64,000 nucleotides of DNA from Octopus sinensis (Eukaryota): assembly GCF_006345805.1 (NCBI RefSeq), contig NC_043003.1, positions 94,116,001-94,180,000 on the forward strand, in the 5' to 3' direction. This document shows, piece by piece, positions 25,635-38,314 of this stretch. The position numbers and the translations under genes were made by a program. The notes below the pieces were generated by a model. It made no database searches, was not told the origin of the DNA, and saw only the letters and a list, made by a program, of their open reading frames with translations. Numbering within the stretch: position 1 is the stretch's first letter; the number at the start of each line of letters is the position of its first letter.

Positions 25635-26543
25635 AAGTCGGCGAGCTGGCAGATACGTTAGCACGCCGGGCAAAATGCGTAGCCGTATTTCGTCTGCTGT
25701 TACGTTATGAGTTTAAATTCCGCCCAAGTCGACTTTGCCTTTCATCCTTTCGCGGTCGATAAATTAAGTACCAGTTACACACTGGGGTCGATGTAATCGA
25801 CTTAATCCGTTTGTATACCTTTGTTTGTCCTCGCTGTGTTTAGTCCCTTGTGGGTAGTAAAGAAATAGGAATTTCGCCTGGCGTTACGTTCTGAGTTCAA
25901 ATTCCGCCGAGGTCAACTTTGCCTTTCATCCTTTCGGGGTCGATTAAATAAGTAGCAGTTACGCACTGGGGTCGATGTAATCGACTTAATCCGTTTGTCT
26001 GTCCTTGTTTGTCCTCTCTGTGTTTAGCCCCTTGTGGGTAGTAAAGAAATAGGCATTTCGTTCGTCTTTACGTTCTGAGTTCAAATTCTGCCGAGGTCGA
26101 CTTTGCCTTCTCATCCTTTAAAAGGCGGCGAGCTGGCAGAAACGTTTGCACGCCGGGCGAAATGCTTAGCGGTATTTCGTCTGCCGTTACGTTCTGAGTT
26201 CAAATTCCGCTAGGATAACTTTGCCTTTCATCCCATCGGGGTCGATAAATTAAGTACAAGTTACGCACTGGGATCGATGTAATCGACTTAATCCGTTTGT
26301 CTGTCCTTGTTTGACCTCTCTGTGTTTAGCCCTTTGTGGGTAGTAAAGAAATAGGTATTTCGTCTGTCGTTACGTTCTGAGTTCAAATTCTGCCCAGTTC
26401 GACTTTGCCTTTGCCTTTCATCCTTTCGGGGTCGACTAAATAAGTAGCAGTTACGCACTGGTGTCGATATAATCGTCTTAATCCGTTTGTCTGTCCTTGT
26501 TTTTCCTCTCTGTATTTAGCCCCTTGTGGATAGTAAAGAAATA
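25635..26543 (+). mobile_element. Head-to-tail multimer of a tRNA-derived SINE with a Meta-domain-like core; 21-bp target duplication
   Basis: Full units start ggcgagctggcaga (~25640, ~26128). Truncated units start atttcg (~25871, ~26055, ~26357). B-box-like gagttcaaattcc. TSD tatatacaattataaatattt at 25614-25634 and 26544-26564. Confidence 0.9.
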
Positions 26544-27809
26544 TATATACAATTATAAATATTTTGGGGTGTAAAAAGTATTCGTACAAAACATAAATAA
26601 CTGATAATTCTGATTTAATACTTCGTAGCATAGCCATTATTCAGTTCAACTTCAACCAATCTCTTCTTGTTGTTCTTACTCAATGACTCGCATGTTTCAT
26701 TAGGAATTTTTTCCCATTCTTCTTGACAAATTTTCTTCAAATCTGGAACGCACATTGAGGCTCTTGAATAAATTTTAATTTTCAAATAACGCCACAAATT
26801 TTCAATGGGGTTCAAGTCAGGTGACTGACTTGACCATTCTATAAATTTTATATTGTGATCGACTATCCATTTTTTGATAGACTTCGCCGTGTGCTTAGGG
26901 TTGTTATCCTGTTGTAAAACCCACCCTTCACAAAGCTGGAGCTTTTCTACAGAGTCCCATAAATTATTGTTCAAAATATTTTGGTATATCTCTGCATTCA
27001 TTCTACCATCTATCACATGTAAATTGCCAGTACCATTTGCAGAGAAACACCTCCACACCATGATGTTGCCACCTCCAAACTTTATGGTAGTAATTGTGTT
27101 TTTCAGCGAATAGGCGGTACCATCTTTTCTTCAAACATGGCTACGCGAATTTCTTCCAAACAATTCAATTTTCGACTCGTCTGTCCATAGAACATTTTCC
27201 CAGGATATATCAGATTTATCTTTATGTTCATAAACAAATTTTAAACGGGCTGCGGAGTTTTTCCAGGAGAGCGTGACTTCAGTTCATTCCTATGAAGTTC
27301 ATTGTTGATTGTTCATAGTGTAACACTAGTTCCTGCAGCTAACAAATTTTCTGGCAACTCCTTTCTGGTGATCATTGCGTTTTTTCGATTCTTCACTTCA
27401 TTTTTCTTAAAGATCTATGGAAAATGCATGGTGCATTGGATCTTATTCTGTTTTCAACAGTTCTCGATTTTTTATATCATTGAATAAATGAAGATATGGT
27501 AGAAAATGGAATACAAAGGATCTTTGATATTTTCCTGTAACTTTTACCTGCTTTCCATTGTTCAATAATTAAGTTTTTCACTGTATTTGTGAGATCTTTT
27601 CTTTTCGCCAATATTACAATACTACTTTATGTTGTCTCAGTGCAGAATGAGGAAGCTAGCGCTTTGACACTTAGAAATGACAAATGATAAGATTATTGTA
27701 ACAAACGAGAAAGTTCTAGTAAAAAAAAATTATTTTAACCGTATTTTGTGGCATAGAAAATCATAAATTTATTCTGTGCAAATACTTTTTTCACACCTAA
27801 ATATTTATG

Positions 27810-28207
27810 TTGTTATATTTCGGAATGGTCATATTGCCAGTTTAGCCAATAAAAACACACGCACTATATATTTGGTGTTATTTTGCTTCAGTGTTATTTA
27901 TTTTTTACATTAATCTTAATCTTATTTCGGCCAGAGATCTTTCGTCACACTCCTGAGACCGCATCAGTGGTCCTTTGTTTTCTTCTTTCTTATTTGTGTC
28001 TCTCCTTACTAACCGTCAGCCATTTTGCATTTCTATTGTATGTCTTCATTTGCGCATGCTTATATACCTATGTGCGTCTATGTTTATTTATTGTTTATGT
28101 GGGGGGATGCCTGTAATATTTGTATCTTCTGTTTATATATGTTCATGTAATTTGTATTTTGTTTTTTGTTTTTGTTGTTTTTGTTTATTCTTATTTTGTT
28201 CATATTT
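27810..28207 (-). mobile_element. ~400-bp Penelope-type terminal-repeat unit with a hammerhead-like motif (copy A)
   Basis: Inverted, nearly identical to 29052-29447. Motif at 27929-27973. Confidence 0.7.
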
Positions 28208-28499
28208 ATGTTGTCTCAATGCAGAATGATGAAGCTAGCGCTTTGACACTTAAAAATGACAAATGATAATATTATTGTAACAAACGAGAAAGTTCTAGTA
28301 AAAACAATTATTTTAACCGTATTTTGTGGCATAGAAAATCATAAATTACAGAAGCTACACACATAATAGAAAATAAACCTAGCCTGAATAGAAAACTAGA
28401 ATGGAGCACTAACACACACCACAACATATGACGATAGACGATCCTGAAAACATAATAAATACACAGATAAATAAACTAATAGAAATAAATAACTATATA

Positions 28500-28914
28500 G
28501 GCGCAGGAGTGGCTGTGTGGTAAGTAGCTTGCTTACCAGCCACACGGTTCTGCGTTCAGTCCCACTACGTGGCATCTTGGACAAGTGTCTTCTGCTATAG
28601 CCCCGGGCCGACCAATGCCTTGTGAGTGGATTTGGTAGACGGAAACTGAAAGAAGCCTGTCGTATATATGTATGTATATATATATATATGTATGTGTGTG
28701 TATATGTTTGTGTGTCTGTGTTTGTCCCCCCACCATCGCTTGACAACCGATGCTGGTGTGTTTACGTCTACGTCACTTAGCGGTTCGGCAAAAAGACCGA
28801 TAGAATAAGTACTGGGCTTACAAAGAATAAGTCCCGGGGTCGATTTGCTCGACTAAAGGTGGTGCTCCAGCATGGCCGCAGTCAAATGACTGAAACAAGT
28901 AAAAGAGTAAAAGA

Positions 28915-28916
<2 letters not shown>
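28500..28916 (+). mobile_element. Full-length tRNA-derived SINE with an internal microsatellite
   Basis: ggcgcaggagtggctgtgtggtaag (A box-like), gcgttcagtccc (B box-like), body gccttgtgagtggatttggtagacggaaactg and tail (gtaaaaga)n. Homologous to 37755-38150 and 62930-63330. Confidence 0.9.
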
Positions 28917-28962
<46 letters not shown>

Positions 28963-29051
28963 CGATTCGATTTATTATTATTATACTAGTATTGTTGTTA
29001 TACATGCATACATACATGCATATGTAATGATAATAATAAGTGGATGTAAAC

Positions 29052-29499
29052 ACATGAACAAAATAAGAATAAACAAAAACAACAAAAACAAAAAACAAAA
29101 TACAAATTACATGAACATATATAAACAGAAGATACAAATATTACAGGCATCCCCCCACATACACACTAAATAAACATAGACGCACATAGGGATATAAGCA
29201 TGCGCAAATGAAGACATACAATAGAAATACAAAATGGCTGACGGTTAGTAAGGAGAGACACAAATAAGAAAGAAGAAAACAAAGGACCACTGATGCGGTC
29301 TCAGGAGTGTGACGAAAGAACTCTGGCCGAAATAAGATTAAGATTAATGTAAAAAATAAATAACACTGAAGCAAAATAACACCAAATATATAGTGCGTGT
29401 GTTTTTATTGGCTAAACTGGCAATATGACCATTCCGAAATATAACAATATCTGTTTCAACACACGACTTCACATAAAAAATATTGCACAACCAATTTTT
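29052..29499 (+). mobile_element. Penelope-type terminal-repeat unit (copy B, inverted relative to A)
   Basis: Reverse complement of 27810-28205 plus a ~50-bp extension. Motif at 29284-29328. Confidence 0.7.
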
Positions 29500-30859
29500 A
29501 AATATTTATGATTGTATATAAATTCCTTAGTTACTATAATTTATTAGTTTCTTTTGCATATTCTTAGTTTATGCATCTGTATGCAAATATAGTATTCGTA
29601 TATCCCATTTATGTTCATTAGAAATTAAATAAAGAACAAATATTTATTGTATAAATATTTATTTGCCCCCCCCCCACTGTACGTTAATTCTCTATAATTT
29701 ACACAGTCAGTTTTGAAGAAACTTTGAAGGAAATGTAACATAGAATACACATTTAACTCTACTTTAGTATTCACTTCTTTCTCAGCTAACATTTTAAAGA
29801 TTTTTATATCGTCTTATATTTGAAACTCTTGCAATAATACATCTATGTCTAAATACACACAGTTATATTGATACTGAAACACGTGCATATAATGTATATA
29901 TATGTGTGTGTACATACATGCTCACTCACACGTAAATACATATACATATAGAACGAAGTAATTTTATTCAACAGAGGTATGAAATACAGAAAAAAAGAAG
30001 TTGAAAATGCATTTGTAATCTTTTAGACGATTTATTTTTTCTCATATTTTTCTGATTTTCAAAATTTAAGTGAGATTGATAGATATGGGCTGTACTGAAC
30101 TGGAGTTCGAAAGTTCTCTTATTTCTAATGAGAGAACATGACCCAAATTAATATCTGTTTAGGACACAATTTAATTGGCGGAAGGTTAGGCTTCGAAACT
30201 TTTATAAGTTCTCCGCTATGTCTGTGCGTTGATTTCATGTGGCAATATATTTTCGCCGTAAGTTAAGGATGACACACTTGAGTGAATGTATCTAGTGACA
30301 GTCCCCACCAACCCACCAACGAAAAAAGAAAATAACACTCTAAATTTAAACTGTGACAGATGAATTCATAATTAAGCTAAGAAATGTTTGTAAGTTACCC
30401 GCTACATTCGTGCATGAATGACATGTAACAATATTTTACGGGTAAAAACTTAAGGCTCATATGGTTGAGTGAATGTGTCTAGTGATGGTCCCAAACAATC
30501 AAGACCTTCTAAATTGAATCTATCAAGTGGTAGAGTGGACAGCGCTTGTTTGTATGCAGGCCACTGGCTAAATCATTATGATTTGTATGTATGTATGTAG
30601 GCATAAAAGTTTGTTCTTCACTAAATTCGTGCTTTGGTTTTCCTCAAAGTTTAGCTTTTTGGCTGTGTAAATTCAACATTGCAAGTGGCAGAATGAGTTT
30701 CTACGCGAGTAGTTTTTACACACACACACTCACACATACACACACATACGCACACGCAAATACACGCACACACACACACACACGTACATACACCATAATC
30801 AAACCCTAGCATCAATGAATTTGATCATAGTTAACTTCTGTGGCTTCTGTTTAGTTGTT

Positions 30860-31120
30860 AGCACAAAAGATATGCCAGCGTTTTTTGTAACGTTTGACAT
30901 CAGCCTTACTGAGGCTGTTTCCCATATTTTCGCATATTTTCTCATGCTTCCCGAAAGTCGATGTTAGCGCTGTCTTTCTGTTCATTATTTCTTTGATTAG
31001 ATTTACTACGTAAAATTTCTCAGTCTAAACTGTGTTAATGATGCAATGTTGGTTAAACGCTCCTGATTTACTTTTGAGACATGTTCTCCGAGTGCAATGT
31101 ACTGATTTCTTTGTGGCGGC
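30860..31120 (-). mobile_element. hAT (Buster/Charlie-like) transposase remnant
   Basis: Minus strand: QHCIIN.. then VVNLIKEIMNRKTALTSTFGKHEKICENMGNSLSKADVKRYKKRWH, resembling the hAT HCIIH...LCxEMGS...VRW block. Confidence 0.45.
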
Positions 31121-31899
31121 GATCAATAGAGTTTATATACTGGTCTAGTTGGCTTTTGAATGATCTTTTGTTAAATTTATGAAAGGAATTGTCCTACGTT
31201 TTTCAGTAACAATGAAATTATGCACAATGCAGTTATACATGCATTACCTATTCAAATGACACGATTACATATTTGAACAATAGTAGCAATTTTTTTCCTT
31301 TTGTTAGTATTGCTTTGAAGAATTCTATGATCAGACAATGAAATTATTTTCTTTTAGTATTCATAAATGGCTTTAATATAGTCATTACTGGATAATTTCA
31401 GCATAAGTTTATACTTATGTTGAAGAGTAGTTCATAAATGAGAGACTTTGTTTCGTCATGCAAGATATAACGAGAAAAACAGTGGTCGACTGTGGTCGAC
31501 TGAAACAGTTCGCATTTTATATCACTGATGCAAAGTTTTTTGTAGTGTATACTATTGTGCTATATAAATTGATTTAGTACGAGTGCTTCGTTGAAGTTGT
31601 CCTTAGCGCTCTAATGAAAATTGTGATACATTAACTTTGAAGCCTGTACATTTGTAGTTTCTTTTGCACACGATGTGCATTTTATTATATATTTTACCAC
31701 AATGAACGTTAATTTATTCATATACTTCAACGACACAATAGAAAATGAAAAAATATAAGGCATCGGGAGTGGGGGCGATGCATACACTAAGCACACACAA
31801 GGATAAAATAAAATTTTATTTAATAAATATATTCTCAGACGAATTCATATTTCAGCAAAATGACATAAAAAGTTATTTTCCCTGCTCATCATTTATGCA

Positions 31900-32118
31900 T
31901 ACGTAACAAAGAAGAAAAAATATTTTAATTTACCCGTCGGTCAGTTTTGAAGATAATCAAACCAAAATTTAATGAGCCACGCATCCAATGGGTATTTCTT
32001 CTAAATTTGGTGAAAATCCGTTGGGCCGTTTCCCAATAATTTTGCAAAAACAGAGACAAACAAACAAAGACGAGCGACTACAATACCTCGCTTTTGCTTA
32101 CGCGCGCAGGTTAATAAT
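31900..32118 (+). repeat. Possible Helentron/HINE-like non-autonomous element end
   Basis: aaatttggtgaaaatccgttg...acaaacaaac...caatacctcgc..gcgcaggttaataa has the layout typical of such short elements. Confidence 0.35.
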
Positions 32119-32650
32119 CATTCGTTTATTATTTCAGTGATTTGAAATACCAAATCACCTTGCTTGCATATATTTTCCTTCAGCCGTTTTGTCTCTACTA
32201 ACTGCTTCGTAACTTTTCTGAAAATCATCAGTCTGATTGATAACCTCTTACTACGGGCTTGATACGTCGTTATTTCAACACTACTCTATTTTCATCCGCA
32301 ATTTTCAAATTTACATTCATCAAAAAGGCTTCTTATTCCCTCTCCGAAGAAGTATACTACTTGAAACGTTAGAATTCTCCTGACCTCACAACTCATATCC
32401 TACTTTACGAACCGTATTTTATACACTACCTCCTGTTTCCTGCGACTTTATTATTGCTTTATTATTATTATTATTATTATGCTTCGGCTGTTAAAATTCT
32501 AATTTAGAAGAAATTAAATTTAGTTTCATTTCAAATAATACCATATTTATATTTGCCAACATTAATGAGAAATAATACTCCTAAAGGAGAAATTCAATTT
32601 AACTTTCCTTGTATATATTAATAACATTTCTGAATGCGTCAGAAAAAACA

Positions 32651-32771
<121 letters not shown>

Positions 32772-33125
32772 AAATCACACTTGAAATTAAATCTTAATAT
32801 TAAACGAAGAGAATTTTATAGAAATATCAAGACGCTAGGCAATAAACATTTTCTTGTTTAACAATGATTTAGATGATTTACACTATAACATGATTCAAAT
32901 AATAATCAAATTAGTCTCCAACTTTACATATATATAGCAAATTCAACTGGAGCAAATGCAAATGAATACTATTATTCGATGAAAACGTACACAAATGAAT
33001 AACAAATAAATGTTTAATATTTGTTTGAAACTCTGGTAATATGTTGAAATCAATCTCTTTAGTAGAAGATAACAATCATATAATTATTACAACTTGCTTT
33101 TCTATAGTTTTACACACGCACACAC

Positions 33126-33189
<64 letters not shown>

Positions 33190-35681
33190 TTATTATATTT
33201 TATGTATATATAATACCTGTAATACATAATATATTTATTTAATAAAGTAGGCAATATACTGCATATGTGTGTGTTTGTCTCGTAATGCAGAAAGTGTTGA
33301 AAAAGCATCCTTTTACTGAGAGTGTCTACACGGAGTTGCCAAAATGTTCCTCTAATGATATTTAGGATCTAGTTTCCGCATTTTACCAAAATTTCCAATT
33401 TGTCTTACTAAATTATCTCCCTTTCTTATTTGTGTGTGTGTGTGTGTGTGTTTGTGCGGGGCGGGGTCTCCTACCACTTGCAAAGATAACCTCAGTTAAG
33501 CGATTTTTCATTCATTATAACGTATTTGTGTTTAGTGTGTAGAACTTTTGCAGGAATTATTTTTTGTCTCATATATATAGCATATACTTATTTTAAATGC
33601 GTAATGTTTTAATTGAAGTTGAAATAAATAACTATTATTAATGATGACATTCCGTTCTTCGAGACCAAACACTTAAGCGACAGACCATTATTTAATTCAT
33701 TAATATAATTAATGGTTACTAATTTATTTTTTAATTCTAATAACTTGTTATAATTCTTAATTCTTGCATTGACAGCGTCTCTACGTTTGAACAGCTGATT
33801 TTGCCGTGATTTCAACTCAGTCTGTTGGAAGACCGAAAAACCACAAAACATTTGTTACACCAGTTTATCACATCTTTTAAGCATGTGCCATACAATATCT
33901 AATTGGAAATCACGGATAGAACTGCCTAGATAATATATAAATTTTATTTCTAATAAAGGTTCAAGGTCACAAACGTGTGCGGTGTTTAATGCGTTAAACA
34001 GATTCTAGTGTTCGATTGACATTTTCTTTTATCGACTTCGGAAGGAAGAAATATAAATTAACCTCAGTGGGATTTGAGCTCAGGGCATGAAGAATCGGCA
34101 AAAATACCACCAAGCAATCCGCAGCAATAAGTGAAAGCCATGAAAATAACTGTCTAGATAATGACTAAATACCAATTACAATTATTTACCATTTTCAGCT
34201 TTCTCTTCGATAGAACGAATCATCTCATGTAACCTTTTAATCGAGAAAGAATATTTTTGTTTTCTGTCCAATGTTACCTTAATGAATTAGAAATGTCCTA
34301 CTTTGAGGATGTCTCCAGTATGTCTAAGTAGATATTTTTGCTTGAAAGATAAGCAAAAAGTTATTTTCGCCCAAATTTTCTTAAGGTCAAGAGAAATGGT
34401 AATTCTGTATGATATTTTGTGGAAATGTTACAGGTTTCCTTTATATTTCATGATTTACAAAACAGACAAGATATATTTGCTTGCAAAACTTAATTCATTC
34501 AAGCTTAACCGCATATTTCAGCATTAAATTTACAGAAAAAATCCATTTTAAATACAAAGTCACCCTGAAACTATATCGCTTTGAAAAACGTAATAGAGCA
34601 CCAGACCACGGCTATTTATTTATCCAAGCAGCAGTACCAATTAGCCAGTTGCTTGACCATTCGGTAATTAGAATATCGATCAACACTATTGCTTTTAGAT
34701 AGTGTGGTAATTTGATTATATCGACCAAAGTTCTATCTAGGTGAAAATTGAAGACCATCTTGGTTGAAAATAACGCATAGAGTTATGACAAAATATAATA
34801 AGCCATTTTTGCATCATATTTCAATCGGGTAAAATCTAGAGCTTTAATAACGTCAAAGTAGCTTATATACAGAATATATTAAATCGTTATATACTATGGT
34901 CGGTATAAGACATCATACAAATCTGAATTTCACAGAGGTCAACAGAAATAAATTAATATTATATTTGATTAAATATGCGTAGAAACATAAAAAGCAAAAA
35001 TTATCTATAGAAAGCATTTTCCTATTCTTTTCCCGATCTCCTCATTGGCCTGTGAACGTACGTAAAAACCACTTTCAAATATTTAGGTGATTTTAAAGGC
35101 ATCAGCGTCTGTTAATCTTATTTATCGCATGCTTTATTCCAACTAATGCACGTTCCTTCCAATATTAACCACCACTGGCTATATTTATTCGATACAGTGA
35201 TAATGCAACCACAAAGAAAATACTCACATACAGAAACATATGTATACATGTATATGTATGTTTGTTTGCTTGTTTGTATGTATGTATTTATGCATGTATG
35301 TGTGTGTATGTCTTTATATAAGTTTGTATGTAAGTCCAACATCACTACACAGATCTCCATCCCCATTCCCTTCTTCTCTTTCCATCACCTTCCCCTCCTC
35401 CTCATCAAATACACACATAAATAGCCACATAACTCAACCAACCTTCTTACTGGTCAAAAGAGATAAACAACCCGTTGTTAAACATCTATTAAATGTTATA
35501 GCGCCTGAAGAGATGACTCTATGAAGGTGATCAACCCGATGCTCACAAATACTGCAGACTACTCTGAAAATCATCCCAAGAATATGGACTGTGACCTTTA
35601 GAGACACGTGATTTGTGGAAACGCGTGTAGCGATGCAGGAATTGTTTATAAGTTCCATGCAAAGATTATTGTTATTATTAC

Positions 35682-35737
<56 letters not shown>

Positions 35738-35743
35738 TATATA

Positions 35744-35955
35744 CTCTTTTACTCTTTTACTTGCTTCAGTCATTTAACTGCGGTCATGCTGGAGCACCGC
35801 CTTTAGTCGATCAAATCAACCCCAGGACTTATTCTTTCGAAGCCTAGTAGTTATTCTATCGGTCTCTTTTGCCGAACCGCTAAGTTACGGGGACGTAAAC
35901 ACACCAGCTAAGAATTTCGTCCGGGGTGCTAACGTTTCTGCGAGCTCACCGCCTT
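35744..35955 (-). mobile_element. Adjacent SINE fragments from two families
   Basis: 35744-35908 is the reverse-complemented 3' part of the 28500 family. 35913-35955 is the reverse-complemented head of the 25640 family. Confidence 0.85.
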
Positions 35956-36574
35956 TATTAATCTTTGTATGGATTAATGACTTGCTTTACTAAAGTATAT
36001 ACTGATAAATAACACTCTGGCGGAAATGAATTGCTGCTATCTCAAGCGATCGAGCGTTCAGTCTGGTGGCGTAGGCGGTGGAAGAGGCGTGGGCTTAAAC
36101 TCCCCGCAAGCGAAATAAACATGAGTGCATTTTGCACCAAAAGTCAATAGTAGAGTTTCTCTCATGGAAATTATCACAGCATAGTTTGTTCTGACAGAAC
36201 ATCTACGTCTAAATAGGGAAATATAACCTCTCACCTGCATATATATATATATATACATATATATCGATAGATAGATATAGATATGGATAGATATATGTAT
36301 ACACACACACTTATAAGTCCACACGCACAGACACACACTAATGGACACACACACACGCGCGCGCATATGCATACTTATATTATGACTCCAGTTTAAAATC
36401 TTATGGCTACGTAATCAAATTCACGATACCCACTGTTGAAGATACTTAAACACTCGCTCATTTAGATCAGCTGCGTTGAACTCTATCTGGAACAGTGTGT
36501 TTAAAATTTAAGGTGATAATTCAAACAATCATTTTCAATGTATTATCATTTCTCACAGTGATTATACACATTTG

Positions 36575-36997
36575 TATAGCGTCGTCTGCGCTGGTTCGGT
36601 CATGTACATTGCATGCCGGTCGGAAGGATCCCAAAAGACCTCCTACACGGGAAACTGACTTCCGGTACAAGAGCATGAGGACGACCTCATCTTTTGTAAG
36701 AGAGATTTCTATTCACTTGATCTAGACCTCCTGAGATGGGAAGAGATCGCAAATATTCGCACACGCCGAAGACAAATACTGCGAATGGAAGAAAAACAGG
36801 AACTCACCACCAAAGAAAAGCGTACGCACAGAAGGAAAAAAAACAATATGGAGTCGCTGTATGCGTGACTGCTACTCCCGTGTCGGCCTGTACAACCACA
36901 ATAGACGCTGCATTACCAACAGCAGCTGACACGATTTCTTCGGGCGCAGATTTATAACCTTTTGAGACCGACGGATGCCTCCTACTACCACTACCAT
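36575..36997 (+). mobile_element. RTE-clade LINE 3' end
   Basis: RRLRWFGHVHCMPVGRIPKDLLHGKLTSGTRA*GRP, a terminal CMRDCYSRVGLYNHNRRC zinc-finger-like motif, 3' UTR gagaccgacggatgcc and a (CTA)-like tail. Confidence 0.88.
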
Positions 36998-37754
36998 ACA
37001 GGTAAAAGATAGTTGGCAATTCGATAGAAACTTCTTCTGACTTAGCTTGTGAGCCAAGGCTTTCAATAGGGATTAGAGAGCGTGTATGTACTTCACCGTA
37101 TGGCATTGATCTCGTTAAGGAGAACCTGTCCACCAGGTTCATATCTCATGTAACTCATTATCTTCAGCCTTGGTACTGTACATCTAGATGGAAGCACTAT
37201 GTCAATAGTATTTGGTAGTGATTTATAAGTTTCTGATTCTTCAGACATTTCAAACTGGCTGTGGTAGAAATTCTATGCAAGATGCATCCTTTATGTTTAT
37301 CACACGCATTGACGAGAGTTAAATTGTTATCCAAAATGACTTAGCGTTATTATCTTAATTGATTAAAATCATTGATCCCTTTAAACATTTGTTTTGCTCA
37401 TAAACTTTTCGATTATGTAAACTGTACTGTCTAAAACATTGCTTAGCATTTTCCCCTATATAAAAGTTCTTGGTCAGTTGATTGGGATTATTAGGAAGCT
37501 TACACACTCCTGATGAGGTTCTATAAGACTGAAACTTGTCTTCAGATGTTCTCTTGATAAAAGGAAAAAGAATAGACATTACTTTACACATGTCAATGAA
37601 TTATGTCCATTTCTTGAAACTGTCTCTCCTTTCCATTGAGAGTTTTCAACAATCGTCGATTACTTTTTTCTTCCACCAAAAAAGATCATATAAATTTATA
37701 AAGGATTATTTGCGGACGTAGTTCTATAAATCCACCTTTTTAACTTATTTACAC

Positions 37755-38156
37755 ATGGCTGTGTGGTAAGAAGCTTGCTTCCCAGCCACATGGTTCTAGG
37801 TTCAGTCTCACTGTGTGAAACCTTGGGCCAGCTTTTTCTACTAAAGCCTCAGGCCGACCAGAGTCTTGTCAGTGGATTTGGCAGACGGAAACTGAAAGAA
37901 ACTCGATGTATATATATATATTTATGTGCGTGTGACTTTGTGTCTGTGTTTGTCCTCCATCTCCACCGCTTGACAAGCAGTGTTTGTGTCCTTGTAACTT
38001 AGCGGTTCGTCAAAAATGACCGACAGAATAAGTACCACTTCTACAAAAAAAGAAGCACTGGTGTCGATTCATTCGACTAAAAATTCAAAGTGGTGTCCCA
38101 GCATGGCCACAGTCTAGTGACTAAAACAAGGAAAAGATAAACGATAAAAGATAAAC
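37755..38156 (+). mobile_element. tRNA-derived SINE (28500 family, older copy)
   Basis: tggctgtgtggtaagaagcttgcttcccagccacatggttctaggttcagtc...gtggatttggcagacggaaactgaaag. Confidence 0.88.
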
Positions 38157-38198
38157 GTGACTTATTTCGCTCAGCTCATTTCGTTATACGTATATATA

Positions 38199-38247
<49 letters not shown>

Positions 38248-38248
38248 A

Positions 38249-38314
<66 letters not shown>

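Larger units (their letters stand above)
25460..29679 (-). mobile_element. Tc1-family (DD34E) transposon with long IR/DR-type TIRs, carrying nested insertions; transposase pseudogene ~27611 to 26615
   Basis: TA|cagtgggg at 25460 and ccccactg|TA at 29679. About 175 bp of inverted similarity (25460-25634 vs 29500-29679) continues at 26565-26588 vs 27775-27798. Protein: (M)AKRKDLTNTVKNLII.., FGGGNIMVWRCFSANGTG, VLQQDNNPKH, WSSQSPDLNPIENLW. Confidence 0.93.

Noticed and set aside
25637-25725. tRNA genes at SINE heads
   Set aside because: A/B-box-like motifs only; they continue into SINE bodies and give no complete cloverleaf.
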